DNA of 64,000 nt from Lytechinus pictus (Eukaryota), in the NCBI RefSeq assembly GCF_037042905.1, contig NC_087251.1, positions 11,100,001-11,164,000 of the forward strand, read 5' to 3'. This document shows positions 1-12,456 of the stretch, in pieces. The notes beneath the pieces were generated by a model, which saw nothing but the letters and a program-made list of their open reading frames with translations, was not told the DNA's origin and did no database searches. Each line of letters opens with the position of its first letter. Position 1 is the stretch's first letter. Position numbers and translations under genes: made by a program.

Positions 1-1934
1 TTAGTGATTGTTTTTCAATCGCTACTTGCCAATTGAGTTTCATGTATGACCTTGCTTGATTATACTTTGCTGCTTGTTTGAATCAATTCTACCATGAGTC
101 GTGTTAAAATAAGCATAATACACTAATGTGTTTCTCATACTTTCCATCCTTGTTTGTTTCAGTCAAGCACATGGTTATTCATTTAAGAGTGTTATAAAAT
201 TGTTTTTCAAATATGATATATTTACCTGTTGTGATCAGAAATGAAAGGTTAAATACATTTGATTGAGGATGCAGTGAAGCTAAAATCTGTTTTGAAGCAG
301 TATAATTTTTACATGTCAGTCCATGACTAGTATTAGGGACATTTTTGCGCTCCTGATTTTAGAAAGTCATGGGTCCATAGTCGTTCTTCTTATAGACAAA
401 GCCAGATATTTGATTTTCTCTTGTGTTTTTGTGCCATTACATATAAGTATGTACATGTAGATTCAGTTATGAATACATATCCGGGTCCTGATTTTAGGAG
501 TTACACACATGTATGCATGTTCTATCTACATGAGTTGCAAACCCAGAATCAATGGAAGCATTTCACGAAGCATCTCGTCATTGATTTTTGCTGATAAATT
601 TGCGCTCAGCCAATCATATGCAAAAGATTTCAGTTTGCAACAGTTGTCTGTAAAATCATCATTTAGGAACAACGTTCATGAAAACGGCTCCAACAGACTT
701 CAAATGTTCGACAGTAATTTAACTACATCACTTCCCAGTTTTAACACTGTAAAAATGCGGTCAAATAACATTTAATTGGGACTTTCGCTGCACACAAAAG
801 AGGGACGGGGTCGGAAACCCCCAATGACCCCCGGGTTTGCCCAAGTCAGCAAACACTGCAGCAAACACAACCCCATTTTCATTTCATAACCTGCAAACCC
901 ATGCTACTCTCATGGTATGAGTCATATTGTTATTAAAAAGAAAAGTAGAGATCAATCGTCATCCAATCTACTTCTAATTATAGACAGTGACATTCTACTC
1001 ACATCTATCAACTACATGCTAGGCTCTCAAATGACAACGATATTCAGATGAAATTCTCTAAATTCACCTTCAGGATACACTAGCTACCGATATTAACAAT
1101 TTTAGATGATAATTATCATTCAAATGGTAGGTTTGATGAAATTTATAGTGAATCATGTGATTTGGTCAATCTGTAAAATTTACATTTTGCTCATGTCGAA
1201 GTGCCCTTTCAAAATGATTCAATTTGGAACAAGCCAGGAAAAGTGTTATACCTGGGTTTTCTTTTCTGCTTAGTTTTGTCTTAGTTTTAGTTTGGTGATT
1301 AAATTATGTATTTTTCTCTGATCCAGGTTGTGTCATCCTTATTCATCATCGATATATGCCAAATTTTGTTTTTTACAGATAGGGAATATGTTTATCGTCT
1401 AAAGGTTGGATCGTCTTAAGGTCAAACTGGCGTTTTGTCCAGGGTTATATTGTTTCAAGCACTCTTACCATTATGGTATGAGTATCCACTTTAATCAAGG
1501 ATGGGACGGTTATTGCTTAAAGGTGGAATTCAGGTTTTATGGCTTTGTGGATGATGTAATGTAAACATATTTTGATTTTGTTACTAAAATTGATGTAAAT
1601 ATGTTTTTTTCAGTACCAATCTGAAAGTATTTTATGTCTAAGGAAATATATTTTTAAAGGAAGCAAATGAGTCTACACTCTACAGTTTATTCAAAGAACG
1701 ATGTGATTCTTTTTTCAAAGTGACTTTTTATAATGGTCTTCCAGTTTCCCACGTTACAGAATTTAGTCTTATATCTAACATCAGTGAGTTTACATCTATA
1801 GTTTATCAAATTTTATCTATATTCTAGTTAATTAGACTAAACAAGATGTTTTGAATTTGTACTTGTATTATTTTCGATAAATTTTCAAAATCAAACGATC
1901 GGTTTTGGACGTTTTGAACGTTTTGAACGGTATA

Positions 1935-2376
1935 TTGCCACTTGGTCCCCTTGGTCTACATGTATCCGCTTCGTCTACTTTCCATCTGGTTTCATCTCAC
2001 ATTGTTTTAACGTAGTTGTTCACCTACCACCAATTCGTCTACTAGCCATTGTTTGAATTGCCATTTAGCACATTACCATGTTGTCTAATTTCCAGTAAGG
2101 CTATTCCCATTTCATCTACTGTGCTCTTTTTCCGACACCACTTAGGCTTTGTGTAGATGAAACATTTTTTTTTTCATTTGACAAAGTGCAAAATAATCTT
2201 TAGACGAATAGGAAATAATACCATCTGAAAATTAGACCAAATGATGATTAGACGAGGTGGGTAGTAGACCAAATTACAAAAAGACCAAATTGTAGACCAA
2301 ATGGGGTTGCATGTAACCTATGTCGTACTAGACTCTCTGATAAGTAGACCAACTGCTTGTGGACCACGTGGGAGTT
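1935..2376. repeat. Degenerate palindromic (MITE-like) element built from short GTCTAC/GTAGAC-type units
   Basis: The left half is rich in ggtcta/cgtcta motifs and the right half in their complements (tagacc/tagacg). The same architecture recurs at 56100-56480. Confidence 0.6.
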
Positions 2377-3186
2377 ATACATTTTCTGAACTTATCTCAT
2401 GATAATAAATTTATGTTCGTTCATTTATTTATTGGTTCGGGGGTTATTAGTAAATATGAAGCAATCATACCCATTTTGATGTCATAGTAATCTCATACTC
2501 TCAATACAATTTTATATAAAATCTAAATTAAGTTAGCTTAAAAAGCTTGAATATTTCACCTATTAAACCATAAGTATCATAATTATCTGGCAATGGGCGG
2601 AAGATAAGATCTAAGTAGTAGAATATATATATTAGAGAGAGAGAGAAGAGAAAATAATACTTAAAACTTTTTGTTGGAACTGAATGCATTACCTCTTTGT
2701 CTCAATTGTCTCTTCATCTGTATCCAAACAATACTTTGCTTAATTAATACAAATTTGCTCTGTGCTTCAGAACAGGAAAGTTTTCTCGAATTTTCACTAC
2801 TACCGTGACATTCAAGGAAATAAGTTTTTCTCTTCCCAAAATAAACTGGAAGTATAGTTTATTTTCCTGACATTTTCAGCACATTCCTCATTTGGACTGA
2901 TAAAGCGGTAAATCAACATACTGATTTTCGCCTTAATGTTGCTTGCCATTGTGTGTTCCAAATATAGAGTTCTTCTCCCCATCCATTTCCCTTGGTAATA
3001 CTATATTCTTGTGAAGATTGAAAAACATAAACTAAGCCAACAAATAGAGGAAGTCGTTTGGATATCAATTATTGAGAAGAAAATGAACGTACATGACCAA
3101 GCCAATTCTCGAAGTTGGATATGCATTTATTATTTTATTTCACAATTATATTCAAGACGACCTTTCATTGCGTTTTACTTTTTTAA

Positions 3187-3772
3187 AGGTCAAGTCCACC
3201 CCAGAAAAATGTGATTTGAATAAATAGAGTTAAATCAAACAATCATTATGCTGAAAATTTCATCAAAACTAAGAAAGCTGTGATATTTTAATGTTTCGCT
3301 TATCTTTCACAAAACAGTGATATGCACAACTCAGTGACATGCAAATGAGACAGTCGATGATGTCCATCACTCACTATTTCTTTTTTTTTTTTTATTGTTT
3401 GAATTATACAATATGTCATTTTTTACAGATTTGACAATAAGGACCAACTTGATTGAACATATACCGGTAGTATTAAACATTACACATGTTCAGGGAGGAA
3501 TTAATCGTTGTTTCACAGGACAACAGGGAAAAAATTGGAATATTTCATATAATAAAATACAAAAGAAATAGTGAGTGATGTTATCAGTCTCCTCATTTGC
3601 ATACCTACAAGGATGTGAATATAACTTTTTTGTTTTGTGAAATTTAGCTAAACTTTAAAATGTCATAACTTTCTTATTTTACTTCTGATTTTGATGAAAT
3701 TTTCAGTGTTATGCATGTTGGATTTTTCTCTTTTTATTTGAATCAACTTTTTGTTGGGGGTGGACTTGTCCT
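3187..3772. mobile_element. Kolobok-type non-autonomous element (MITE) with long imperfect inverted arms
   Basis: ttaa|aggtcaagtccacccc ... ggggtggacttgtcct|ttac. The inverted similarity continues inward (gatttgaataaatagag vs ctctttttatttgaatc; tcactcactatttctttt vs aaagaaatagtgagtga). A TTAA target with AG..CT ends fits Kolobok. Confidence 0.75.
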
Positions 3773-4370
3773 TTACAAAATAAATCGCACAGTAAAGACG
3801 TTTTTATGTTCACATGATGGATTTGATTATGTTATCTGCGTCACAATATCTCTGTTTTTTTAAGGGGGGAGGGTAATGGATTAAATCGAGACAACAGCTC
3901 ATTTCCCCTTCCCATTTTATGGTCTTTTAGTATTTTTTTCATTGTGATTATATTATTTTATTACCATCTTCATCCGTTTCCTCCCTTATCTACCGCATTC
4001 CATCCTTCTCACTTTTTTGTTATCCCGTGTCTCATATCTATTCTCCATCACTTCCTTTTGAAATATTTTTTTACTCACTTTTATCGTCTGTTCCTTCGTC
4101 CATACACCTTTTACCATCTTCCACCCCTTACTACCCATTTTCCACTCCTCTTCCATCTCCCCTCTTCTCTCTACTCTACTCCCCTGCCTTTCCTTTCCTT
4201 TGTCCCATTTCTTTAATTACTTCCCTCCCTTTCCACTTAACCTTTCCTCTATCGTCTTCCCTAACTTTTAAATTTCATCCCTTCCCTTGGCTACACCCCC
4301 TCGCTCTTTCCTAACTCTCTCCCATTCTCTGTTTATACGCCATTCCTCCCCTCCCTTTTGCTCCTCACAG

Positions 4371-4551
4371 CTTATTTCCAGTGTTCGACATGTCTGCTGT
4401 GGCAGCCAACCAGACACCTTTGACACAAACCATCAACGAAAACCAACAACTGAGGGCGCTCTTTGTCAAGAAGTACAAGAACGTATTCGATAAATTCTAC
4501 TACTGGAAGGGCATCAAACAAATCAAACCAAAAACTCAGGAAATCACGTGA
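4371..4551 (+). CDS. Possible terminal coding exon (LFPVFDMSAVAANQ...FYYWKGIKQIKPKTQEIT*), product unknown
   Basis: A long pyrimidine tract (3950-4370) ends in ctcacag. An open frame runs 4372-4551 with many C-ending codons, followed by AT-rich sequence. No matching upstream exon was found in the window. Confidence 0.35.
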
Positions 4552-7269
4552 CCAAATACCAGTCATGAGAATTTAGAATCATAAACTGATATTCATCGTA
4601 TTAGTTCTATTTTTATTATATATTACAATAACTTTCCATCGTTATTGACCTTCCTGTTTGTTTAATAAGAAATTTACAAATTGTTGTTTTTATATGTCGC
4701 ATTTTCTTTGTGCTCACATTCCTTTAAAAAAATGTCTGTACTAGAATATTGAGAATAATATGAATAGTATAATTCATTAATTTAATGGAAGTAAATGGTA
4801 TAGCATAGTCAGAGTAAGGAAGGGCAGTATTCTATTTCATTAAATACGTGTATGATACGATATTGCGATGGATGAAGACTTACAATGTAACAAGTCAACT
4901 CGATGAGTAGTTTACCTTGCTTAATGTGACAAAAGGTGGCGCTGTTCTAAATTATCAGAGAGATCATATTTACGATCAATTAAACATAGACATAGGATCT
5001 TTATGAAAAGTTAATTTGGATTTAGTTTTACGAACAATCTCACACCATTAGAGCATGTGAGCCTTTTAGTGTGAAATATACCAAAGAATTTATTCTCTCC
5101 AAGTCTTCCATTATATAAAAAAAAGAAAAACAGGGACATAATTCTGGTTCAAATTGAGTAATTTTCATCCAAATCATCAAAAATTAGCTTCCTTCAGAGC
5201 TTTGAGTAAATTTTGTAGGAAATATATAAAAATATTATTACATGTACCTGAATGTTTACACGTTTACATAATGGCTACAAACAAATCTACACAAAGCTTC
5301 CATTTTATTATGCTATATTACAAGTTACTTGAATGATAAATACAGACATGGTTTTACATTTTAAAAAAAATCAATGTTATTTACACCCCTTTGAGGGGAT
5401 TATGTTAGCTATCGCAGAGGTGGACGAGTTTTCGACGGATGACATAATTCATGCTGTGTTTTCTGCAGCAGATATCCATGCGAACTTGAAGTGACGTAGA
5501 CCTAATGCTAATGAAATAAACTGGTATATGGTGCCGTTTTAGCTGTCACAACATGCCCCAAATCGAGGTAATCTTACCCTTACTGTACGAGAGTCACCCA
5601 AGATAGAGACTGAAGGTGACAACTTAACGGGAAGGGGGTGGCGTACCCAAATGGGATCAAATTTGTGTTGTTTGCTCATTGTGAAATGATTGCTGTTTTG
5701 TTATACAATTTCCTTTTTTATAAGGGAGCCGGCAGTGATTGTGTAAAATACAAATGTGCAATCATGCAAGAATTGGCATCATTGAAATTAAATTTAATTT
5801 CATCATTCTAAAAGTAAATTGATAATGTGACATAATGATGCATGATATCCATCTAAATGTGAATGAAACAAAGATATTGTTTAATCGGTCGGTTTACATT
5901 TTGTAAAAAAGGGGTTTTCCAGTTTTTCGATTTTCTTTTGTCTTCATCTGTTACTCGATTTAAAGAAGACGATGGAGATTTATCTGATCGTATTTTGTAA
6001 ACTTTAATTCATTTAATGCTATTTCTTGCCTTATTTATGATTTCTCTTTTATTTTTCTTAAACACATCATCTTTTGTTATAGGCTATTGCCCCGTAAATG
6101 TTAGTAATAGGCCATTCTAAATATTTTTGATAATTGATTCTGATATTATGTGAATAAATATAAAATGAATCAATAAGAGTATTCAAACAATTCTGAATTT
6201 ATGTGAATGAACGTTTAGTTTTGTCGTTGAAAATAAAATGCAAATATATCGATATCAAAAATTATTCTGACCACTATTCTTTCTTTGTTTTTTTTGTTGA
6301 TAAAAAAAAATCTTACGGTTAAAGTAAATTATCTTTCTTTCTTTTGTTTTGGTTTTTGTTTTGTTGTTAATATTTTGTACATAGCATGAGTAATTACAAG
6401 GACTTGGGGTTAAGATAATTCAGGGTGCAAAAAAAAGTCAGAATGGAGAGTGGAAGGTGAAAAAAAAAAGGAACAGAGAATTAAAATAGATATTCGGAAA
6501 GAAACGCTTCCCAATCCAAGGGGCAATATATGGGGCCATGTCCCCTTCCCGGTTGATCAGCAAGCAAAACAAGAGAGAGAGAGAACAAAATAAGTTCATC
6601 GAGTCCGGCGACTTCACATTATTGCACCAACCACACCCTGCGAAATGGAAAACCTGTGGCTTTGAAGCGATCTAAATTTTCGCTTTTGATAAAAGCACTT
6701 TTCCTCCTGGTCCCTTCTCTCCCTTGCACAAGTCAAGTGCCCCTTCACTGTAATGCCCTATTGCATAACTTCTACCGTATAATACTCGGTTTCGGTGGTG
6801 AATACGATATTACATTCCACGTGTTGGACACAGATGTGATAAAAGAGGTAATGTATATATATATATTATATATATATATACGTATATATCACTCAGTTAG
6901 TGGAATTTGTATTAGCATTTTTATTCCGTCTTTGAGGTTCAAAATGAAACGTTTCACTGGCGAAAGAAGCAAAGAAAAACTCTTCCTGGAACACAACCGC
7001 CCTTTCCCTTCACTATCTTATTGTTACTGGATAAATAAGCGATTTTTTTGGTGCTCTGTCGCTACGCTCCCTTGCACGTTTTCGGGAATGACGTCACAGA
7101 CCTCCATCCTGGATCCGATTTTCGTTTTCCTAACCCTGACATAACATGTTAATATGCAACAAAATCATATGCTTATACACACGTGATTAAAAAAAAAACC
7201 GGGGGAGGTATATACGTATAGCTACATGTTTTTGAAAAAGAAGGTAACATAAAGGGTTTAAAGGAAAGC

Positions 7270-8690
7270 TTTATAATTATGCCCCCGCAGACGAAGTCCG
7301 GAAGGGGGCATTAAGCGTTGCCCCTGTCCGTCCTCCCCCCCCCCCCCCACTTCCGCGCAATAACTCGAAAAATATTTAATGGCTTTAAAAAAAATTGGTG
7401 TGTAGGTAGATGACACCAAAATACAGGCTAAGTTCGAATTCGGAGTCCGCAGGTCAAAGGTCACAGCTCATTATACAGTGCGTCCCAGAAAAAACGAAAC
7501 CGAGATTTAGCGATGATTTATCACAACTTAATCATGAATAAAATAGACAAAATGACCTACCAATGCAAAGCTTAGAATATCATCTTTCATCTGATATTAC
7601 TTAGATTATTCCTCATTCACGCATGAGTGAGCAAAAACAATTTGAAGAAAGGATACCAAAAACTCATTTGGCGGGGGTATCTGAATTTAAAAAAGAAAAT
7701 CACATGTCTAAAAAGTTCAATATCTGCTCTTTTATTTGATCCTTAATCACAAAAAATGGTCAAGAAGTAAAAAAGTTACAATCCCTCAAAACAATGCTTG
7801 TATTTCCATAATTTCATTAAATAAACGTGTTTTCACCGGTTTCCCACAGAAGCTATCGCAAAAGACTTGATGCATGGCTGATCGTCAACAAAACGGAGTG
7901 TCGAGTGAGTCTGAACGCTAGCCTGCAAAATCTCTTCATTTTATGAAATTATTGAAATTCAAGCCTTATTTCAAATAACCAGAACTTTGTTATTTCTTGA
8001 CCATTTTCTGTAATTGAGGTATCAAATTAAAGAGCAGATATTGAACTTTTTAAAAATGTGGTTTCCTTTTTTGAAACCCAGATACAGCCCGCCAAATGAC
8101 TTTTTGGTATCCCCTCTTCAAATTGTTTTTGCTTACTTATGCGTGAATGAGAAATAATCTAACTAATTTCAGATGAAAGAGGAGATTCTAAGCTTTACAA
8201 TGGTAGGTCATTTGTCTATTGTATTTGTGATTAAGTTATGATAAATCATCGCTAAATCTCGGTTTCGTTTTTTCTGGGACGCACTGTATATGCGAGTTGG
8301 TTTCCGCATAATAACTTTGGAAATATTCACCAGATATTAAAAATGTTTGGTGTCTGGGTAGATGACACCAAAATACAGGCTAAGTTTGAAATTGGAGCCC
8401 ACAGGTCAAAGGTCACAGCTCATTATAGATATGCAAGTTGGTTTCTGCATAGTAATTTAGGGAATTCGAATAATCAACAGATTTCAAAGAATTCTGGTGT
8501 GTGTGTATAGGTAGATGACAGCAAACTACAGGCTGAGTTCGATTGCGAAGTCCGCAGGTCAAAAGTCACAACTCATTATGTATGCAAGTTGTTTTCTGAA
8601 TAGTAACTTGGGGAATAATCAACAGATTAACAAAATTGTTGGTGTGTGTAGGTAGATGACACTGAAATCTAGGCCAACTGCGAATTCGAT
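7270..8690 (+). mobile_element. Helentron/DINE-like non-autonomous repeat with ~4 internal ~130 bp tandem units, interrupted by a MITE
   Basis: 5' end hairpin atgcccccgc...gggggcat followed by gtccgtcc. Repeated unit ggtagatgacaccaaaatacaggctaagttcgaa...aggtcaaaggtcacagctcattat. Confidence 0.6.
7476..8286. mobile_element. Tc1/mariner-type MITE (811 bp, near-complete foldback)
   Basis: TA|cagtgcgtcccagaaaaaacgaaaccgagatttagcgatgatttatc ... gataaatcatcgctaaatctcggtttcgttttttctgggacgcactg|TA. The inverted arms extend more than 300 bp. It is inserted into one unit of the host tandem repeat. Confidence 0.9.
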
Positions 8691-11334
8691 GTCTTTTTAC
8701 ATTTCTCACAATGATACTTGTAGGCATTTTTAAACAATCTTTCTGCTTGAACATATTGCAAAATGCTGGTTACAGCATATAAATATTTTAAGGGAATTGC
8801 CCATTATCAATATTGCTTATATAGATACACACATATTAAGGCCTGACTGCGAGTATTTTTTTTCAACCTCAATTGAATTTTTAATCACATGTTCATTTTC
8901 TTTCCTGGATAAAAACAAATCTTCACCCAGCATGGAATCTACTATTTGTTTAAGCTCAACAGAGTGCATAGTAAATATGAATTCAGTTCCAGTTCAAAGA
9001 TGAAATACAACAACCAACAAAAAATATCAACATTCATTATTAATGGCTTGTAAGAATTCAATGTAAATAACACTATACAATGAAATAAAACAATATCAGT
9101 TTGGCGGAAAATATTGTTAACACATTTCAATAGAGAGTTAACAACCTTTTAGCTCGTAACTGATATTTTGTATGAAAAAGGGAAGTATGAGAAATGAAAC
9201 AATAAAATGATATTTCTCAGGATTTTTTTTTAAATTGAATCAGATATAATACACCTATATAATTACCAATTACAATCACGATACATTGCTTAAAGTAAAT
9301 TTGTATTACTTCATTTGAGCCAAAATAACCATCAAATTAAATTGAAATGTTTTAACACATCAAGAAACGTACACCTTGGTCTACTGCAAAGTGCAGTACA
9401 TCGACACAGATATTATTTTTTTAAATAAATTGTATGCAATTCAAAACAGTATTTTAACAAATAAAACACTAATTCGTCTGTGGAATTTGTATTTATTTTC
9501 TGCATATTATGTCCAAATAAACTCTGAACCCTTTAATTCTGAACAAATTGGATTGAAGTTCAATTTGTCAATTACTCTATGAGTAACTTCCAGTTACATT
9601 TTGATTAAGAGACATTCATAAAAGTAAGAACCTAACATGAAAATTGCTTTCAATCTTGGTTAAATGGTGGTATTGAAAACGTTTGATGACAATCATTACA
9701 GTCATCTTTATTTGTATACCAAGTTCCTAGCAAAGACGAAGCATGTTCAGAATGTTTAAAACATTTACTAAATGTTGGCTTACTGTATACCAGTTGAGTC
9801 ATTTTCAAAGTTAAATCATAATTTAACAATCTGTTTAATGTACATCCCTGCCCCTAACATGTTGATATATGACATAACAATTGCCCTCTTCAACTTGCAA
9901 GGCAATTCTTATGTCATATATCAACATGCGAGTATTTTAAACTGTGATCCGCGTCCAAGTCATATTGCCGTGCAACATGTTGCACTCACATAACACATTT
10001 CTCTCTAACACAATTATTCCATCCAGTAAGATCAACATGGCAGAAGGATCACATTGTTTTCCACACCATATTGTTACAAATTGTTTGTAATAGCCTTTTC
10101 AGTCAGTTTGTGAAGATGTTCTTCAATTTACTTTTTAAACAAAGTGAAGAAGTTCTTCATTTGGTTGTGTATAACAGATATTGTTTATGTTTATTTGATT
10201 TCCAGAAAAATATAACACATGATAAGAATTTCTCGATAGATATACACAATGACATAAATAACTCATGCCTGAGGATTACTCATTTTAAAGGCCCTCCCTA
10301 CTCATATTACTGGTACAATTGGTTGTTTGACATTTGATATTGTCAATCGTGTCGATTTAGTATGATAAAGTTGGTTGGATCTCTTTGAATTCGATTAAAG
10401 TACCTTAAAACTTTCACGCGTGAGCCTTACCTCTTTCGTTCTTTTCCATGCATCATCAAAACATCTCGTTTACTTGGGCCGTGTTTGATTGCTTATGTGT
10501 TTTATTGCCATAAATTTATTTTGAGGAAATTGTGTTATCTGGTTATCGAAAGATTTATGACAATGATGACGATTATAGTAATAATAATTCAAATGATTAA
10601 TGTCATCACAGTGATAGTAGTAATAATACGGGCAACAGTTAATGTTCATAGTGTTTGTTGTAATAACAATTATGGTGATGATGGTGATAATGGCTAGTAT
10701 GAAAATAATAATCATCAATAAAACATTCCTGTTGCCACAATAACATAAAGTTATCACCATTGTTTTTCCTAGCACCTGAGAAGAAAGCATAAAGTTAACC
10801 TAAAATTCATCGAACACTAAGAACAAGAGAAAAGGAGATGGCACCCCATATGACATGTGTGATGACCCTTTTGAGCATTAATTAGAGACTTGTTTTTGCT
10901 GCGTTGTGAAAAATGCCCGATCGCCCAATTTCGAAATGTCTAGGTATCAAGGATTACGATAATATTGCCTGATTGAAATGGAAAAAAAATGACACTGACG
11001 GAAAATCTATACAGACTTCTCAGGCGAAATCACACTTCATCATCATCATCCGTTTAAGTACAGTCCACCAGGTTATCCATAGAGTAGTAGAAATATAATC
11101 ACTTAGCATAATTTTGACGAAAACATGGAAAAGGGCAGCATTTATAGATTGTTCTCCCTAAACGTGACATAAGAAAATGGGCAGATACATCGGTTCTAGT
11201 GCAACTCACCCGATTCCATATTTGACATATTTCTTCTTGCCGTTCATCCTGACCCTTGCCGTCATTCTCGAAAACAAAATTTTTACTATTGCGTCATAAT
11301 TATTTGTTGAACCCAAGCGCGTTGAATAAAGTTT

Positions 11335-11346
11335 TGCGCATGCGCA
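11335..11346. promoter_or_regulatory. Perfect palindromic TGCGCATGCGCA (NRF1/P3A2-type site), candidate promoter
   Basis: Matches the NRF1-family consensus. It lies between a candidate minus-strand first exon (donor at 11209/11208) and the plus-strand gene. Confidence 0.4.
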
Positions 11347-12133
11347 AGTAATACAGGCCTTGACGACACAAAATCAAGATAGCATTTGCAAACACAACAA
11401 TCCTTATGCATGCACATGCATATTTATCTTAGCTTTAATAGGTGCCGGTCGTCTCATCAAAACTTTACAAACTAAAAAAAGAGTGAAGATCGATCCCCAC
11501 AAAGATTTCACAACGGACAGATTGATAAATGTTGCAAAAGATAGTATAGTAATTTTTTAATGTGACTTCGTATCAGGTAACAGATATGGAAAAGTTGAAT
11601 GAAATCCCAAATGAATTCAAAATGGGTCTTTCCGGGTCAGGAAGCATTGATGTTACAAGATGTACAGCAGATGACGGCTCTCGGGTATCTATGCTTTTCG
11701 ATAATTATTCTGCTTTGATCTAATGTCATTTCTCTGTTGATTTTTGAAAGATGTTTAATTGATAGCTTCCTGATGTCGTACACTTTTCACTTCAATACAA
11801 TGCCTACGTGTTTTATGGATATTACTTCTCAATCATTCGCGTCACAAACTGAGACGTCTGAAACAGCGTGGAACTTTGACACTATTGGTGAATCAGAGGC
11901 GCCTTATTGCAGACCCTTAAAACTCACAGAATCGATGGGATTGTCGTACCCCACTTCAAAATAATCAAGTTAAATTCCTTTAGACCAAACTTATAAATTG
12001 AATTCGTTTCACCTATTGAAAGGTTGCTTATTATTGAACTCTTTGAGATGAAAAAAACCAAATCGCCTGTGTGGAAATTAAAGGAATATAAATTATATTC
12101 ACCCCCCCCCCTTTTCTGTAGGTGCAACTAAAG

Positions 12134-12345
12134 CACTAGCGTACCTACGGGGGGCAGTCTGCCCCCCCCTGACGAGCCACAACCCATGCAAAGGACGTAT
12201 CCCTGCCCCCCTGACGAGCTTGAAGACCTTTATTGCCCCCCCCCCCCTGACGAGCTTCTTTTTTTTTTTTTTTTTTTTGCTTGTCAAATTTTTTGGCGGA
12301 CGGTTTTGCCCCCCCCCCCTGTGGAAAATCCTAGGTACGCCACTG
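12134..12345. mobile_element. hAT-type MITE (212 bp)
   Basis: TIRs cactagcgtacct / aggtacgccactg. Exact 8-bp TSD aactaaag at 12126-12133 and 12346-12353. Internal gccccccctgacgag repeats. Confidence 0.85.
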
Positions 12346-12456
12346 AACTAAAGTCTTTATATTTCCACTCTATATATCAAACACACACACTCAGCACTCG
12401 CACGCACCTATTACATGTATTATTAATGTTTTATTTTCACCCTAATACAGATAACC

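Noticed and set aside
1379..1475. Candidate exon between tttacag| and |gtatga
   Set aside because: There are stops in all three frames.
3944..4314. Phe/Pro/Leu-rich ORFs
   Set aside because: These are translations of a low-complexity pyrimidine tract.
10470..10790. Ile/Thr-rich membrane-like ORFs (also 17926-18177)
   Set aside because: They derive from degenerate (ATC/GAT)n microsatellites.
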